From Antedon mediterranea (lineage: Eukaryota; Animalia; Echinodermata), in assembly GCF_964355755.1 (NCBI RefSeq), contig NC_092670.1, forward strand, positions 24,166,795-24,230,794: a DNA stretch of 64,000 nt, given 5' to 3'. The translations under genes were made by a program, and so were the position numbers. Of the stretch, positions 52,701-64,000 are shown in pieces (positions within the stretch are counted from its first letter, which is position 1; each line of letters opens with the position of its first letter). Under the pieces are notes generated by a model. That model had not been told where the DNA came from, searched no databases, and saw only the letters and a program-made list of their open reading frames with translations.

Positions 52701-54992
52701 AATCGCCACTTTTTTTTTAAAATAAACAAGGGGAAATATATACGTTTTAACACTACATACTGGTTAAATTTATTTATTTTTAAAATGTAGAGGACACCCT
52801 ATTAAGGAAACCGGGTACTTTTTAGTGAGCCACAATGGTAGATTGCGAGAGGTAGTGGTCCTTTAAAATAGGTGGTCACTTACGAAAGATGTGGTCGATA
52901 AGGGAGGTGGTCGCTTACGATATGTGATCGATTATGAGAAGCGGTCTCCTAACAGAGAGGTCGTTTATTAGAAGTGGTCACTTAAGAGAGGTGATTTATA
53001 CAAGAGTTGGTATATTATGAGAAGCGGTCCATTTAGAGATATGGTGGTCTTCTAAAAGAGATCATCACTTACGAGAGGCGGTCGAAAATATAAAGCGGTC
53101 GCTTACGAGAGTTGTGGTTGTTAAGAGAGGTGGTCGCTTACTACGAGAGGTGGTCGATTATGAGAAGCGGTCCATAATGAGAGGATGTGATCACTTACAA
53201 TAGTTGGTCGATTATGGGAAGCGATCCCTTAACAGAGACGATGGCCGTTTAATAGAGGTGGTCACCCAAAAAAGTTGTCGTTACGAGAGAGGAAGTCGAT
53301 TATGAGAAACGGTCCCTTAAAAGAGTTGGTTGCTTACGATGTGTGGTCGTTTTAGAAAGTTGGTCGGTTACGAGACGTGGATAGATGGATAGCTAAGTAA
53401 ACAGATGCATTTGCACATGATTTAGACATTTAGGTTTGTAAAATATATATTTTCTACATTAGCTGGCGATAGTCCTACATTAGCTGGGATGCAATTTTCG
53501 TTCCTACATTCGTTGTTGATCGTTCTACATGGTGTTAATTTTTTTCATTACATAAGCTGCAGGTGGTTTTACTCCATTACCGGGGGATTGGAAACTAGTT
53601 TTGTTATTGAAAATGCGTTTTTTTTAAAGAAGTATTCCCTAAAAAAAAATGTAATAATCCACTTTAAAGTTACATAATAAAAGTCTTCTTCCTTACATTT
53701 TTTTTGTCAAATTGTGTTTTCTTTCATAAGTATACATTTTAAACGAACGAAAGTTAATACTGATATGGCTTTTTGCATTATGAATGAGCAACTAATATTG
53801 AACATATTTATTATACCAAGACCTGAATAAGTTTTCATTCGGGAAGTATTTGTATCACTATTTAAAACTAAGATATCTCTCATGAGGGATATCTCTATAT
53901 TACTTACTTACCAAGATATTTAGAATGGAAGATTCTTGTCCCATTCGGAATATCACAAGTGGATTTTTTTCTGTGTTAGTTATGCAGTGGGCACGTGTAG
54001 AGTACCGTATATGAACTGTTATAAAACTAAAACATTACTATTATAGATAGAGCTAGTTGTACTGTATTCTTCTTGGTTTTTCGAGGTGTAATAAGCCTAC
54101 AAAAAAATATCTATTAACATAGATATTTCTTTTAAAAAGTAAGACATCTTAGTTTTCAATTGAAATAATCTATCTTTATTAAAAGAGATATCTTAATTTT
54201 GAACTAAAGATATATGCGTTGTGTAGCACTGTGTAAATTATATAATAATAATCTGTCAAATTATTGAAACAGTGCTCATATTCGGAACATTTTTGATTAA
54301 TTATTGAATGCCAATATATGTTTTGTATTTTTTACATGTGATATTTTATGTTCAACTTCAATATATTTATACAATTAATTGCGATAATATATTGAGTAGA
54401 AATTATTATCGACTTAACATATTTTTCATTCATGGAGGTATAAAAATATGTTTGAATCTATATATAAAATACTAACTTCATAATGTACACGGTCATTATA
54501 CATTTTTCAATTGATAAGTATTAGTTATTATTCATTTAATTCATTCATTTAATCATTTGTTTCGAATTCTGTGGTCCACAGAAAGTAAAATTACGTATAA
54601 AATCATTTAAAAACAATGCTGTACTAATTACTAATACTCATCTCAGGATGGCATTCCACCTGGCCAAACATATAAACAGTTTTAAAGTCACCCAGAAACT
54701 TATCGAAGCTTAAATATTATTTAATTGACAAACTTTAAACTTACGTTTTGTTGACACCCAAGTGACCACCATGTGCCTGCTTATGGATACTGTTTAACAC
54801 TTCGTTTTTTTCTTTCGGTAACAATACACGCAACAATCTACCAGAATGTTGTTTGTAATACAAGATATCACGAAGAATTGTAAAGTTCTTGGCTTTCCGT
54901 CGCAAACTTCGTTTTAATATTTCAGAATAATTTACAGGATAAACGTTGTTTTGTAGATAGTTTCTCAAGGCATCAAACTCATGATCGGCCAT
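49782..54992 (-). CDS. Ginger1 transposase (Gypsy-like DDE integrase, H2C2 Zn finger, GPY motif, partial OTU); 3 exons, 643 aa
   Basis: Exons 54992-54745 (phase 2), 52098-51899 (phase 1) and 51265-49782 join in frame (1932 nt). H..HGGHLG / CDQC, GMDIVGP, ITDQGREF, YHPQTGGQTERFN, WTGPYII, OTU MRGDGNCLFRALS. Confidence 0.9.
50105..50358 (-). repeat. Coding minisatellite in the integrase-OTU linker
   Basis: About 5 imperfect repeats of PTSKNxDITPDDHxNI. Confidence 0.85.
52830..53600 (+). repeat. gagaggtggtcg-rich repeat, homologous to the foldback at 56480-57510
   Basis: Tandem degenerate gagaggtggtcgcttac units ending ttacgagacgtggatagatggatagcta, which recurs at about 57298; reverse complement at about 56690-56780. 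Confidence 0.7.
53860..54212. mobile_element. Degraded member of the AGATATCT TIR family in Ginger intron 1
   Basis: ctatttaaaactaagatatctct motifs; about 53921-53956 resembles the reverse complement of about 6859-6894. Confidence 0.55.
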
Positions 54993-56479
54993 AATGATAA
55001 TAAGTAAAAATAGAAAGAAGGCAGATTGTAACGAACAACACCGTGATTGGAACTTTGCAAGCAAAGTGAATGATTTTTTAAATGTAGGAGGTTTTGAACA
55101 AACATTGAGCCAATCAGCTTCTTGCTACATTTGTTTTAACCAATTGCCGATTAGAAGAAAGAGCAAACAGTTTTGTCAGGTGTAGGCCTATAATTTAAAC
55201 TTTGTGCCTTAAGTGGATGTCACGAACTCCTTTTACGTATGTTTCCGAGCGGTTGAAAATACTTTAGAAACTCCCTTGTGACATAAAAGTATACACACCA
55301 AATTCACAAAGTTGTAAAATAACTCAAAAACAAATCTTTAATTTCAATCAACTTCAACTTTCAACAACCCAGTAAGCATTTTAAACAACAGCTTCACAAT
55401 AACTTTTACAATCTAATATCCAACCTCTAATATCCAACAACATGACAATAGTTTTACATCCCTTTATATACAAGATGTTCCTATCCTTCTATATCATTCT
55501 TTATACTTCTTATTCTATTTGATTACAGTTTCTATTAATAGCATACTGGAATGTTCCTGATTGTTATTATATTAATTATACATGATGTCTTAAATGTAAA
55601 CATCTTATTCTAGAATGTTCATGGTTAGGGAATGGTAATTTATTACAGTGGCAAGTACACAAAAAAATGAGAGAAAAAAACTATTGGAGGGAAATGCCAT
55701 TTATTAAATTAAATTTCGAAGATACTCTTATTGGTAAACGCTTCAGTCGTTCTATTACACAATAAATAGCACATTCAGATAGGAGTATAAAATATAATCA
55801 TATAGTTATTCTTTATTACATATTATACGTTCATCTCAAATTATATTATAATATTAATTGAAATTGTATTTAAATTTGTATCCGTTTTTGTCGACAGGAC
55901 CACAATGCAAAACAAGTATATTTCTACTTGATTGTGTATAATCCTGTATAAATATGTTGTTAAATAAATAAAATAATATTAAATAGTAATCTACGTAAAA
56001 TAATATTATAGTACATAAGTTCGTATTAAAACCGTTCAGGCTATGAGGCAACCCCCGCTCCCTGTATATTAAATAGAAACATTTTTTATAATACTTATAC
56101 TAGAATCATATACTAATTTATTTAGTTATTTTTTAAAATAAGAGAATTAAATTACGTAACATACTGTGGTATATAATTCTTGTAATGAAATCATATTCAT
56201 GGTAAGCGTAATCTTAATTTGAGATATGGCAAGTTCGCACCCCTTCTCCTGACAAATAACAGATGACAGTTAACACGACTACCGGTAATTAATATCTCCC
56301 GAGAGCCGCTGTTTTGAGGTTGACCTGACAATTGTGGCCTGAGTTATGGGACATTACCCTTGCTGGACATCTGGTAAAAATAAATACTGATTATGCTGCC
56401 ACTTTAGTACACAAAACAATAAATAAAAAAAAATAAAAAAACACAACTTGTGGCATTTCCTTTACACTAGTCCCTGTTC

Positions 56480-57510
56480 AAAACCGCTAGTGTAGAAAAC
56501 GGCAGCAAATGTCGTCGAAACTGTCAAATCCACCCATGTAGTAAAACCTAGAACTAGCTAATGTAGAAACACCAACAGTTATTTATTAAATAAAAATCAA
56601 CATTAGCTAATATACAACTTAACAGGTAATGAAGTAACGAAAATTGCCTCACAGCTGATGTAGTTAATATCGCCAGCTAATAAAATAATAATTATATATT
56701 TTACAAACCTAAATGTCTAAATCATGTGCAAATGTATTTCTCTACTTAGTTTAGCTGTCAGTCTATCCACCTCTCGTAAGTGATCGGCTTTCAAAACGTA
56801 ACACTCTGATCGTAAGCAACTACCCTTGTTAGCGACCACCTTTAATATTTAAAAGGAACTACCTCTGTTAAAGGACCGCTTCTCACAATGGACAACTTCC
56901 TGAAGGGGTAACCTCCTCTCATAAGGGACTGCTTTTCATAAACTACCACCGCTCGTAGACGACCACTTCTTTTACCGACTACACCTCCCGTAAGTGACCA
57001 CCTCAATAGAGGTGGTAATTTGCGAAAGGTGGTCGTTACGGATGGTAGTCGATTATGAGAAGTGGTCCCAGTGGAGAGGTGGACGTTTTTTTTTATAGAG
57101 AGGTCGACACTTTAGGCGTGGTCGTTAAGAGAGGTAGTCCGTCATGAGGTTGATTATGAGAAGCCGAGGTGGTGGTCCTTTAAAATAGCTCGTCCTTGAC
57201 GAGTGGTGTGGTCGTTAAGAGATGGTGGGCGATTATCAGAGACGGTGGTCGTTCAATAGAGGTGGTTACTTACTAGAAGTGGTTGTTGGTTGGTCACTTA
57301 CGAGACGTGGATAGATGGATAGCTACCGGTAAGTAAAGAAATGCATTTTCACATGATGTAGACAGGTTTTTAAATTATACAATATTTTCAACATTAGCTG
57401 TGAGGCAATTTTCGTTACTACATTATCTGCTGACCGTTCTAAATTAGCTGGTGTTGATTTTAAAAATTGATACATAAGCTGTTGGTATTTCTGGTATTAG
57501 CTGGTGGTTT
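56480..57510. repeat. Foldback structure of the gaggtggtcg family
   Basis: The left half (accacctc motifs, tgtctaaatcatgtgcaaatg) mirrors the right half (gaggtggt motifs, cattttcacatgatgtagaca); centre near 57005. Confidence 0.65.
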
Positions 57511-59639
57511 CTATGTTTATATGTCCATATAAAACAAAAATACAACCGCGATTTTTTAAACTCAGCTGCATGTACAGACATTGTGGCAAAGACGTTTTAA
57601 ACGCTTCATTTCAATATAAGCCATTATTCTATGAATTTGATGTATAACGGTATTGGACTGTTTGTATTGGGAACGAAATACCCTAATATTCGAAAAAAAC
57701 AAAAAACCGAAATACCCTTGAGTGAACGAATAATTATGATGCGCAATTAAGGTGTTTATTTTGCCATATAAAATATAAAAAACAAATATTTTTTGGTAAT
57801 ATGCATCAACAATATTTTTCAAATGTATTTTAGATAAATAAATAAATAATGTAAAGTCTATAGAAACAAAGCAAATATTGTGACTAACCAATTCAATGTT
57901 TTATTAAATAAAAACAAAAATCAGGCATCTGTGAAAAAAATATAATGAAAAAGAACTGACTTTAACAATGACGAACTTACTTGTTTAAAGAACTTTTGTT
58001 ATCAGTTGATATTATTAAATTAGTAGCAGTATTATGAATATTACAAAATAATATTTTGAGAACTGAAAAATATTTTGAGGGAACGAATATATTTAGGGAG
58101 AACAAAATAAGATTTCAAGAACTGAATAATATAAAAAACGAATTACTACTTCGAGACAAGGAATGATGATGATGATGATGATGATGATCGAGAGAACGAA
58201 ATAATTTCGAGGGAAATTATTTCGTTCTCTCGCGAAGTAGTAATTCGAATTTCGAATGAAATAATATTTCGAGATAACGAAATAGGTAGGCCCTATGCCT
58301 ATATGATTTAGTGATATTCATTCCCTCGAAATAATAATACAGTAGGCTATATATTTTTCAAGTTGTCGATTTACTTCAAATTGACAACAGGTTGTATATA
58401 CTCAATCAAAAACAAACAATTTAATTTGATTAGACTATATGTCTCCAGATATAATAATAGTAATATTTATTTCAATCCACTTGATATTTTGCGATTCAAG
58501 TTGGTATTCTAAGGAATTATAATTACCCTAACGGGAGTTGGTGAACGTCCAGTGCCCTAGTTTTTACGGGGTTAATATGATGTCGATGTCTCGATGGTCC
58601 TACTTTTTTATCGATGAAAGCTGCCCGGGTGGTTGCGGCCATTTTCAACAGCTAGTATTACAATATTCAATGCTGAAAATTGTCCAGTGGACACTTTCAA
58701 ACACCGGACAGATTTAAATCTTACACCGGCGGACAATTTCACATTAGATGAATGAAGTTTACAGTAGTACAGTACTGGGACATGCAACAGTGACACATGC
58801 GTGATATGGATGGGCCTGTTATGGTCGCTTGACATGGAACAGCGCAGCAGTTTCTTGTTGTTAGACATGAACCGTACGAGAATCGGGTGGTCAATGGGCA
58901 TTTCGTGTGATGAAATTAGGTGGTATCTCTCTCATCTAACTGGTACCGATATTTTCCCCTTTCGGAGTCTCCCACGTCCATACGAGGGGAGGGGGGTGGG
59001 GTTACCCGGCAGACACCGATTTTAATTGACTTTAGGTAACCCTCTACATCATCATATAGTTAGATATTGGCACCTAGTTCATCTAACCAAATGTCTCTGG
59101 GCTGCCGATCTATAGACTCAGTATTGGAAGACTATGGTAGCTTACATATTCGTTGCCAACAAGTCCTTCTCAGGTATCAATTCGTTTGATGTCCTTGGAA
59201 CAATTTATAAGTAAAATAAAGTCATACCGATTTACTAATATAGATATTTAATTGTCATTGTTCATACCAATCTATTATTATAAATTTACGTATAAGGACA
59301 AAATTCGGTAAATCGCGCGTTACTTCTAGAATTTTTACTCGATGGTGTATATAGTTGATTCATACTTTCGGTACTGATTTTAACCACCCGATGTAACCCT
59401 GTTTACTAACTACATTGAATTATATAATTAGTAATTGACAATTAAAACGAATTTAGGTTCAACGATTTGCCCCAAATAGGGGTGTTTTCCGATCGTGGTA
59501 TACACTGTCTAATGGGTGTCCATCTTTAAAAATACCCGCACACAATAATACGAGGATGATTCACATTTACCTATCTCCTTCTACAATAATAATAATATTC
59601 TATAATAATAAGATAGTAATATAGTGATTCATTACAAAT

Positions 59640-60500
59640 AATTATTGATAACAAATGGTATGATGACAACCACCTCTCTATAAATACTGAAAAAACAAAG
59701 GTTATGTTACTAAGACACAATCATACAGCTGACAGTAATGATTTAAATATACAAATTGGAACCAGTAAATTAGAACAAGTTGATAGTATAAGGTATCTGG
59801 GAGTCGTAATCGATGAAATGTTAACTTGGAAACAAAATACTCAATGTATTAGTAAAAATATTGGATATAAAATAACAATGCTAGGTAAAATAAGTAGTTT
59901 AAGTAAACCGTTACTAGAAACTCTATATATAAGTAAAATTCAGCCTTGTAGTGATTATGCTATAACAGTCTGGGGAAATACGACAGAGTTAAACAAAAAT
60001 ATTTTAAAGCGACATCAAAAAAGAGCTGCTCGAATTGTAACTAACAACTTCGATTATATTAACGTAAGGGGTGACAACATCATCCAGAACCTACCGTGGC
60101 AAACTCTTGAAGAGAAACGAGATTTCTCCCTAGCATGTCTAATGTATAAATGTGTTTACGGCCTTGCACCAATTAGATTAGTAAATGAAATATTCACACC
60201 CACTTAACACGAGGAGGAAAATTTGAATGTAACAATACCTAAATACACCCTTAGTAAAATGAATTCGTCCTTTAAAGTTGCAGGCGCAAAAACATGGAAC
60301 AGTTTACCAATTAATATTAAATCGGCACCAACAATTACGTCCTAGGCTAGATACAAATCTCATTTCTTTCATAAAAACTGTATTATATTTAATTAAGTTT
60401 CTCTTTTGTATATTTTGATTAAGACAGGACCACAATGTAAAACAGATACACTGTTATCTGATTGTTTTATCCTGTATAAATATATTATTTATTTATTATT
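59640..60500 (+). mobile_element. 5'-truncated CR1/L2-group LINE (RT C-terminal region plus 3' UTR)
   Basis: WYDDNHLSINTEKTKVML, RYLGVVIDEMLTW, DYAITVWG, QKRAARIV, LMYKCVYGLAP, GAKTWNSLP; AT-rich tail. The 3' motif acaggaccacaatg also occurs at about 55894. Confidence 0.88.
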
Positions 60501-61034
60501 ACTATAATAATTGTTTTTAATAGATGAAAACCGGAAAAACACCTCGAGTACAGCATCATAATGTTGAAGACAAACCAAATTTCTTTAAAAAATACTATTT
60601 TAATTGAGTTAATATACAGTACGTTTATACGTACAAACGTATTGATTGGCAATGAATTGAACATTCCAATCTCCCAGTCTCCCAGTATAAATATTTGGCA
60701 TAATACAAATAGGTAAATTCATGGGCCCTTGGGGAAAAACCCAAAACCTTATTATAGGTAATAATGTGGGTATTGTTAGATATATAAACACACATACAAA
60801 ATAGAGGGTACTCCGAGCGTACAAACCTCCGCCTACTGTAAAATTCCCCTACATAAAATGTCCACGGAAAATATATATATTTTTTATTTGTTCTAAGTGT
60901 AAATAGGCTAACTGCACACTAAAAAGTTGTGGATGAGAGTTTGGTGTAATGGTTATATATCCAGCCTCTCACAGTTGAGATCACTGGTTCAAGTCCCGCT
61001 TTTTTTTTTATTATTATTATTATTTTTTTGTTTT

Positions 61035-61286
61035 GGTGGACCTTGATCTTTGATCCTGACCCTTCAAAATTTAATCACAATTATATGATGAGGCATTGAT
61101 CATTGTGGCTAAGTTTGGTGAGAATCGGATAAAAACTGTGGTCTCTAGGTTAGTTGTGACCTTGACCTATGACCCTTTCCCCTCAAATTCGAACTCGTCC
61201 GACTGTGGCCTCCAGGCTGTTCACAGACACACGCACACACAAACATACATGGGTGAAAATATAACCTCCTTGGCGGAGGTAATAAA
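61035..61286 (+). mobile_element. Helentron/HINE-like fragment, preceded by a decayed tRNA-like head (about 60935-61000)
   Basis: gaccttgacc motifs, (CACA) tract, terminal hairpin acctccttggcggaggt. Confidence 0.55.
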
Positions 61287-61802
61287 CTTATTATTGACAG
61301 TTGCTTCTCAATGTTTGTATTAATTAATAATTACACAATAAACGTCGTAGTGGTGTATAAATGTACTTTACTATTTCAATCGACTATGACAATGACAGTT
61401 TCAACAAAGTATTAAATCGCAAATGTTTGACTCTGTTTGCTGGTATATTATTTATAAAACATGAAAACAAATATTTCGTTACTGAGTGGATAAAAAATAT
61501 AAATTGTTCCCCTTTGCACCCATCCTCTTCCCCATTCCTCAACCCTAATGTTACATACAAAAAAACAATTTGGTTATGTACCCAAAAATGTTCATTCCTA
61601 GGTCATATATGGGCAAATCACATTTTTTTGTCACATAAAGATTGATAGTGTAGACAGAGCTTGATATATACAATATTTCACCGAACATTATTGCTACCGT
61701 TTGTCCTTTTCGTGACGTTATTCCGTGTAGGAAAAGGCTTATATTTTATAGGCTGTAGCCTAATGTAGGCCTGTAACCTTTTAGGATTGATTTCGATCTG
61801 TA

Positions 61803-63417
61803 TTATCGACCTCCTCTTAATCTTGGTAGGAGATAAATTGTACTCTGGTCTTTAATGTTGTAATAGCCCAACGTGTTGCCATCTTCTAGTTGTCTACTCT
61901 CAAATGTTAGTCTCTGTTGATCCACTGGAATACGCTCCCTTCCTGCGATTTCATGTTTCAGTTGTTTTACTGTGGTTGATTTGCGCATGTTTTGATAAAC
62001 GATAGATTTTCCATCATGGTTTTTAACAAAAATGTCAAATGTATCGGAGGTACGTGTTGCATAACTAAAGGAAAAAATATATATAATGTAGAAATATTAA
62101 TTATGTAAATATAATAATATAATTCGCAAAGAATAACAAAATGATAATCTCAAGTTTTTATGTAATTTGTCAGCGTTTACTTAGCAAAATAATAAGTTTG
62201 ACACCGCAAATCTCTCCGGAAACCAACCCGATAATTTATAAAGCGCTATCTGCAGTGCATTAAAGACCTCAAGCTAAAAATGGAATGTTTGATAGTCTAA
62301 ACCAGTAAACTGTGAACAGATAAACAAAATGATTATCATCGCACCAAACTTCGCGATACTGGATTATTAAACTATATTTCGAATAGGAAAAACAATCAAA
62401 TTAGCATATAATACAGGTACTATATATGCAAGCAATCCAACATTGTGCAATAAGCATCCAATGATGTTTCCATGGTATTTGGGGGAAAATAAATTCCACT
62501 TATTACTGGCTTACATTTTATTCAGTAGGAAACTGATAATTCATCATCACGCATAGCTCTTTTAAGCCATCCCAGAATGTTGTCCAGTGAGGCAGGCTTA
62601 TACCGATCAAGAAGATTCACTGATTCGCAGAAGAAGTTGGGCACGTTGCGTTTTTCAAGGAAAAGCATCAGAGTCTGAACCAAATCTTTGAATCTATCTG
62701 CTAAACTGTCTTGGTGCCACGATAGGTCAGGACCGTCCTTGTTTAAATGCAGCATACAGTCTTAAGGTGATATGACGACAGCATTCCTAGTTGTGAAGAT
62801 CCTGCCTTCTTCTGAACTGTCTTCAGAATTTTCAGGGTATCACTACGGCATTCATTTATTTTGTCAATGCTGTTGAATATACTTTTTTCTCTATCCGAGA
62901 AACTCTCCCTCCATAATTGATCGTATTCAGAAGTATTTAAATGACGAGGACCTTTAGCCACAAAGTGCCTACCATCAATAGTTAAGCTTGGAACTATATC
63001 AATAGACATTACTTCCACCGTTGGATATTAAATACATGGCTGGACCACCAGATTCCTTAGGGGTTATCGTCATGCCTAGGTCATTCTCATCGCCATGAAC
63101 TATTTTGTCTACGGTTGACTGCATGTTCTGACGAACTGTATCAGGGTTCAATCGCCCGGCTTTTATAAAATCAGCCAATGTAGATTCAATCGAATGTGAC
63201 GTTTTCTCAATCAAATAGTAGCCATCTAATCTTCCTTCTGTGATTCTCCAATTATTAGTAGACAGTTTCAAAGGAACCAGTAAATCAAATTCGTCTGCCT
63301 TAATCACCTTCAAACCTTCGTATGTACTTCCTTGATGAAAGATCTGCTTAAAGTTAAATGATGAAGAGTGATGGGAGATCTCGAACTTTTTTATATTTTT
63401 TCAACGGCTTCTTTTGC
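61803..63417 (-). pseudogene. Second cGLR-Ubl paralog, pseudogenised (NTase exon about 63417-62515; Ubl exon 62064-61803 ending RLRGGR)
   Basis: FHQGSTYEGLKVIKADEFDLLVP, SIDIVP, YDQLWRES and LGMLSSYHLKT align with copy 1. In-frame TAA after AVEKI; frameshifts near 63380, 63030, 62757 and 62538; SINE-like insertion at the 5' side. Donor AT|GTAAGC at 62514 and acceptor cctttAG|T at 62065 are both phase 2. Confidence 0.88.
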
Positions 63418-63590
63418 GAGGCGAGTCATATGGCCAAGCGGTTAAGGCAGGGGCGCCGTTTACCGTACCTAAAGAGCCAACAACAACATCGGCAAGGGTT
63501 CGAGGCCGACTCGCTCCTAGTTCTGGTGGTGGAACAAGTCTTCTCGGATAAGGACTATAAACCGTAGGTCCAGTGTACACAGTTATAAGT
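63418..63590 (+). mobile_element. tRNA-derived SINE (possible Deu/Nin-like core) interrupting cGLR copy 2
   Basis: A box TGGCCAAGCGG, B box GGTTCGAGGCC, then gtcttctcggataaggactataaaccgtaggtcc; cGLR homology stops abruptly at 63417. Confidence 0.65.
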
Positions 63591-63593
63591 TAC

Positions 63594-64000
63594 CAGTGGC
63601 GTATCCGGACCAGGATTTTGAAGTTGGGGGGGGGGGGGGGCCGGGAATTGCCAATTTGCCGACAAAATTGGTGTCATTATCTGTACATACACGACGTCTC
63701 TGATCAATATATGTTCTAGGATTACATAGTCATATTGCCTTATATGGGATGACGATGCAAAATTAAAACCAAACCAACATTATCTGTTAGTATGTTGTAT
63801 TTACAATAAAGAAAGAATTAGGAAAATCTGATTGGTAGTTTTCGAAATATAGGGTCTAAAACATCGCCGAAAATGATCGTTTTTAGCCACGAAAGAAGTA
63901 AAACAATTTGCGGCCTCAGTCGACAATTCTATTAACTACGCCATTTTTGGTTAAAATAATTACATATAATTACGTTTTTTAGTAATTTATTTTATATATC
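63594..64000. mobile_element. Start of a probable hAT-type non-autonomous element
   Basis: CAGTGGCGTATCC..CCAGGATTTT plus a poly-G head, similar in style to the element at 28270; the other end is not seen in the window. Confidence 0.4.

Larger units (their letters stand above)
44368..58725 (-). mobile_element. Ginger1-type DNA transposon, about 14.4 kb
   Basis: Ends TGTAAGATT...AATCTTACA with about 65-bp imperfect TIRs; CCGG TSD at 44364-44367 and 58726-58729; encloses an intron-containing Gypsy-like integrase with OTU motif and no RT or gag. Confidence 0.9.
29481..59111. mobile_element. Large long-TIR DNA transposon relic (KDZ/Zisupton-like remnants) with nested insertions
   Basis: 29481-29681 plus 30977-31150 are the inverted counterpart of 58726-59111 plus about 44350-44367 (right TIR split by Ginger1). 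Contains decayed Cys-cluster and chromodomain exons. No clean TSD found. Confidence 0.7.

Noticed and set aside
49782-54992. Gypsy LTR retrotransposon or Polinton
   Set aside because: No gag, protease, RT, LTRs, DNA polymerase or capsid genes; introns, TGT..ACA TIRs and a CCGG TSD fit Ginger1.
58608-59025. Duplicated small protein (ORFs 30908..31114 and 58608..58901)
   Set aside because: The shared peptide only reflects the inverted terminal repeats; no recognisable domain.

Overview
AT-rich, intron-containing animal genomic DNA, probably from a marine invertebrate (inference); no prokaryotic features. On the minus strand: (1) a 21-exon adhesion GPCR (signal peptide, two C-type lectin-like domains, GAIN/GPS, 7TM; about 791 aa by manual splicing) at 2786-22023; (2) an intact cGAS-like receptor (cGLR/Mab-21 nucleotidyltransferase) whose ORF stop lies inside a GTGAGT splice donor and which is predicted to splice in frame to a ubiquitin-like exon ending RLRGG, giving a 457-aa cGLR-Ubl fusion (24504-26387), with NF-kB-type sites upstream; (3) a diverged, pseudogenised paralog with the same phase-2 intron and a Ubl exon ending RLRGG-R (61803-63417). 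Between the paralogs is about 31 kb of nested transposons: a hAT-type MITE with an 8-bp TSD, a 29.6-kb long-TIR element with decayed KDZ-type Cys-cluster and chromodomain exons, and a 14.4-kb Ginger1 element (TGT..ACA, CCGG TSD; spliced integrase-OTU gene, 132-bp satellite, two tRNA-like units) inserted in that element's right TIR. The best candidate for an undescribed system is the potentially conjugatable cGLR-Ubl(diGly) fusion. All gene models were read by eye and lack transcript support.
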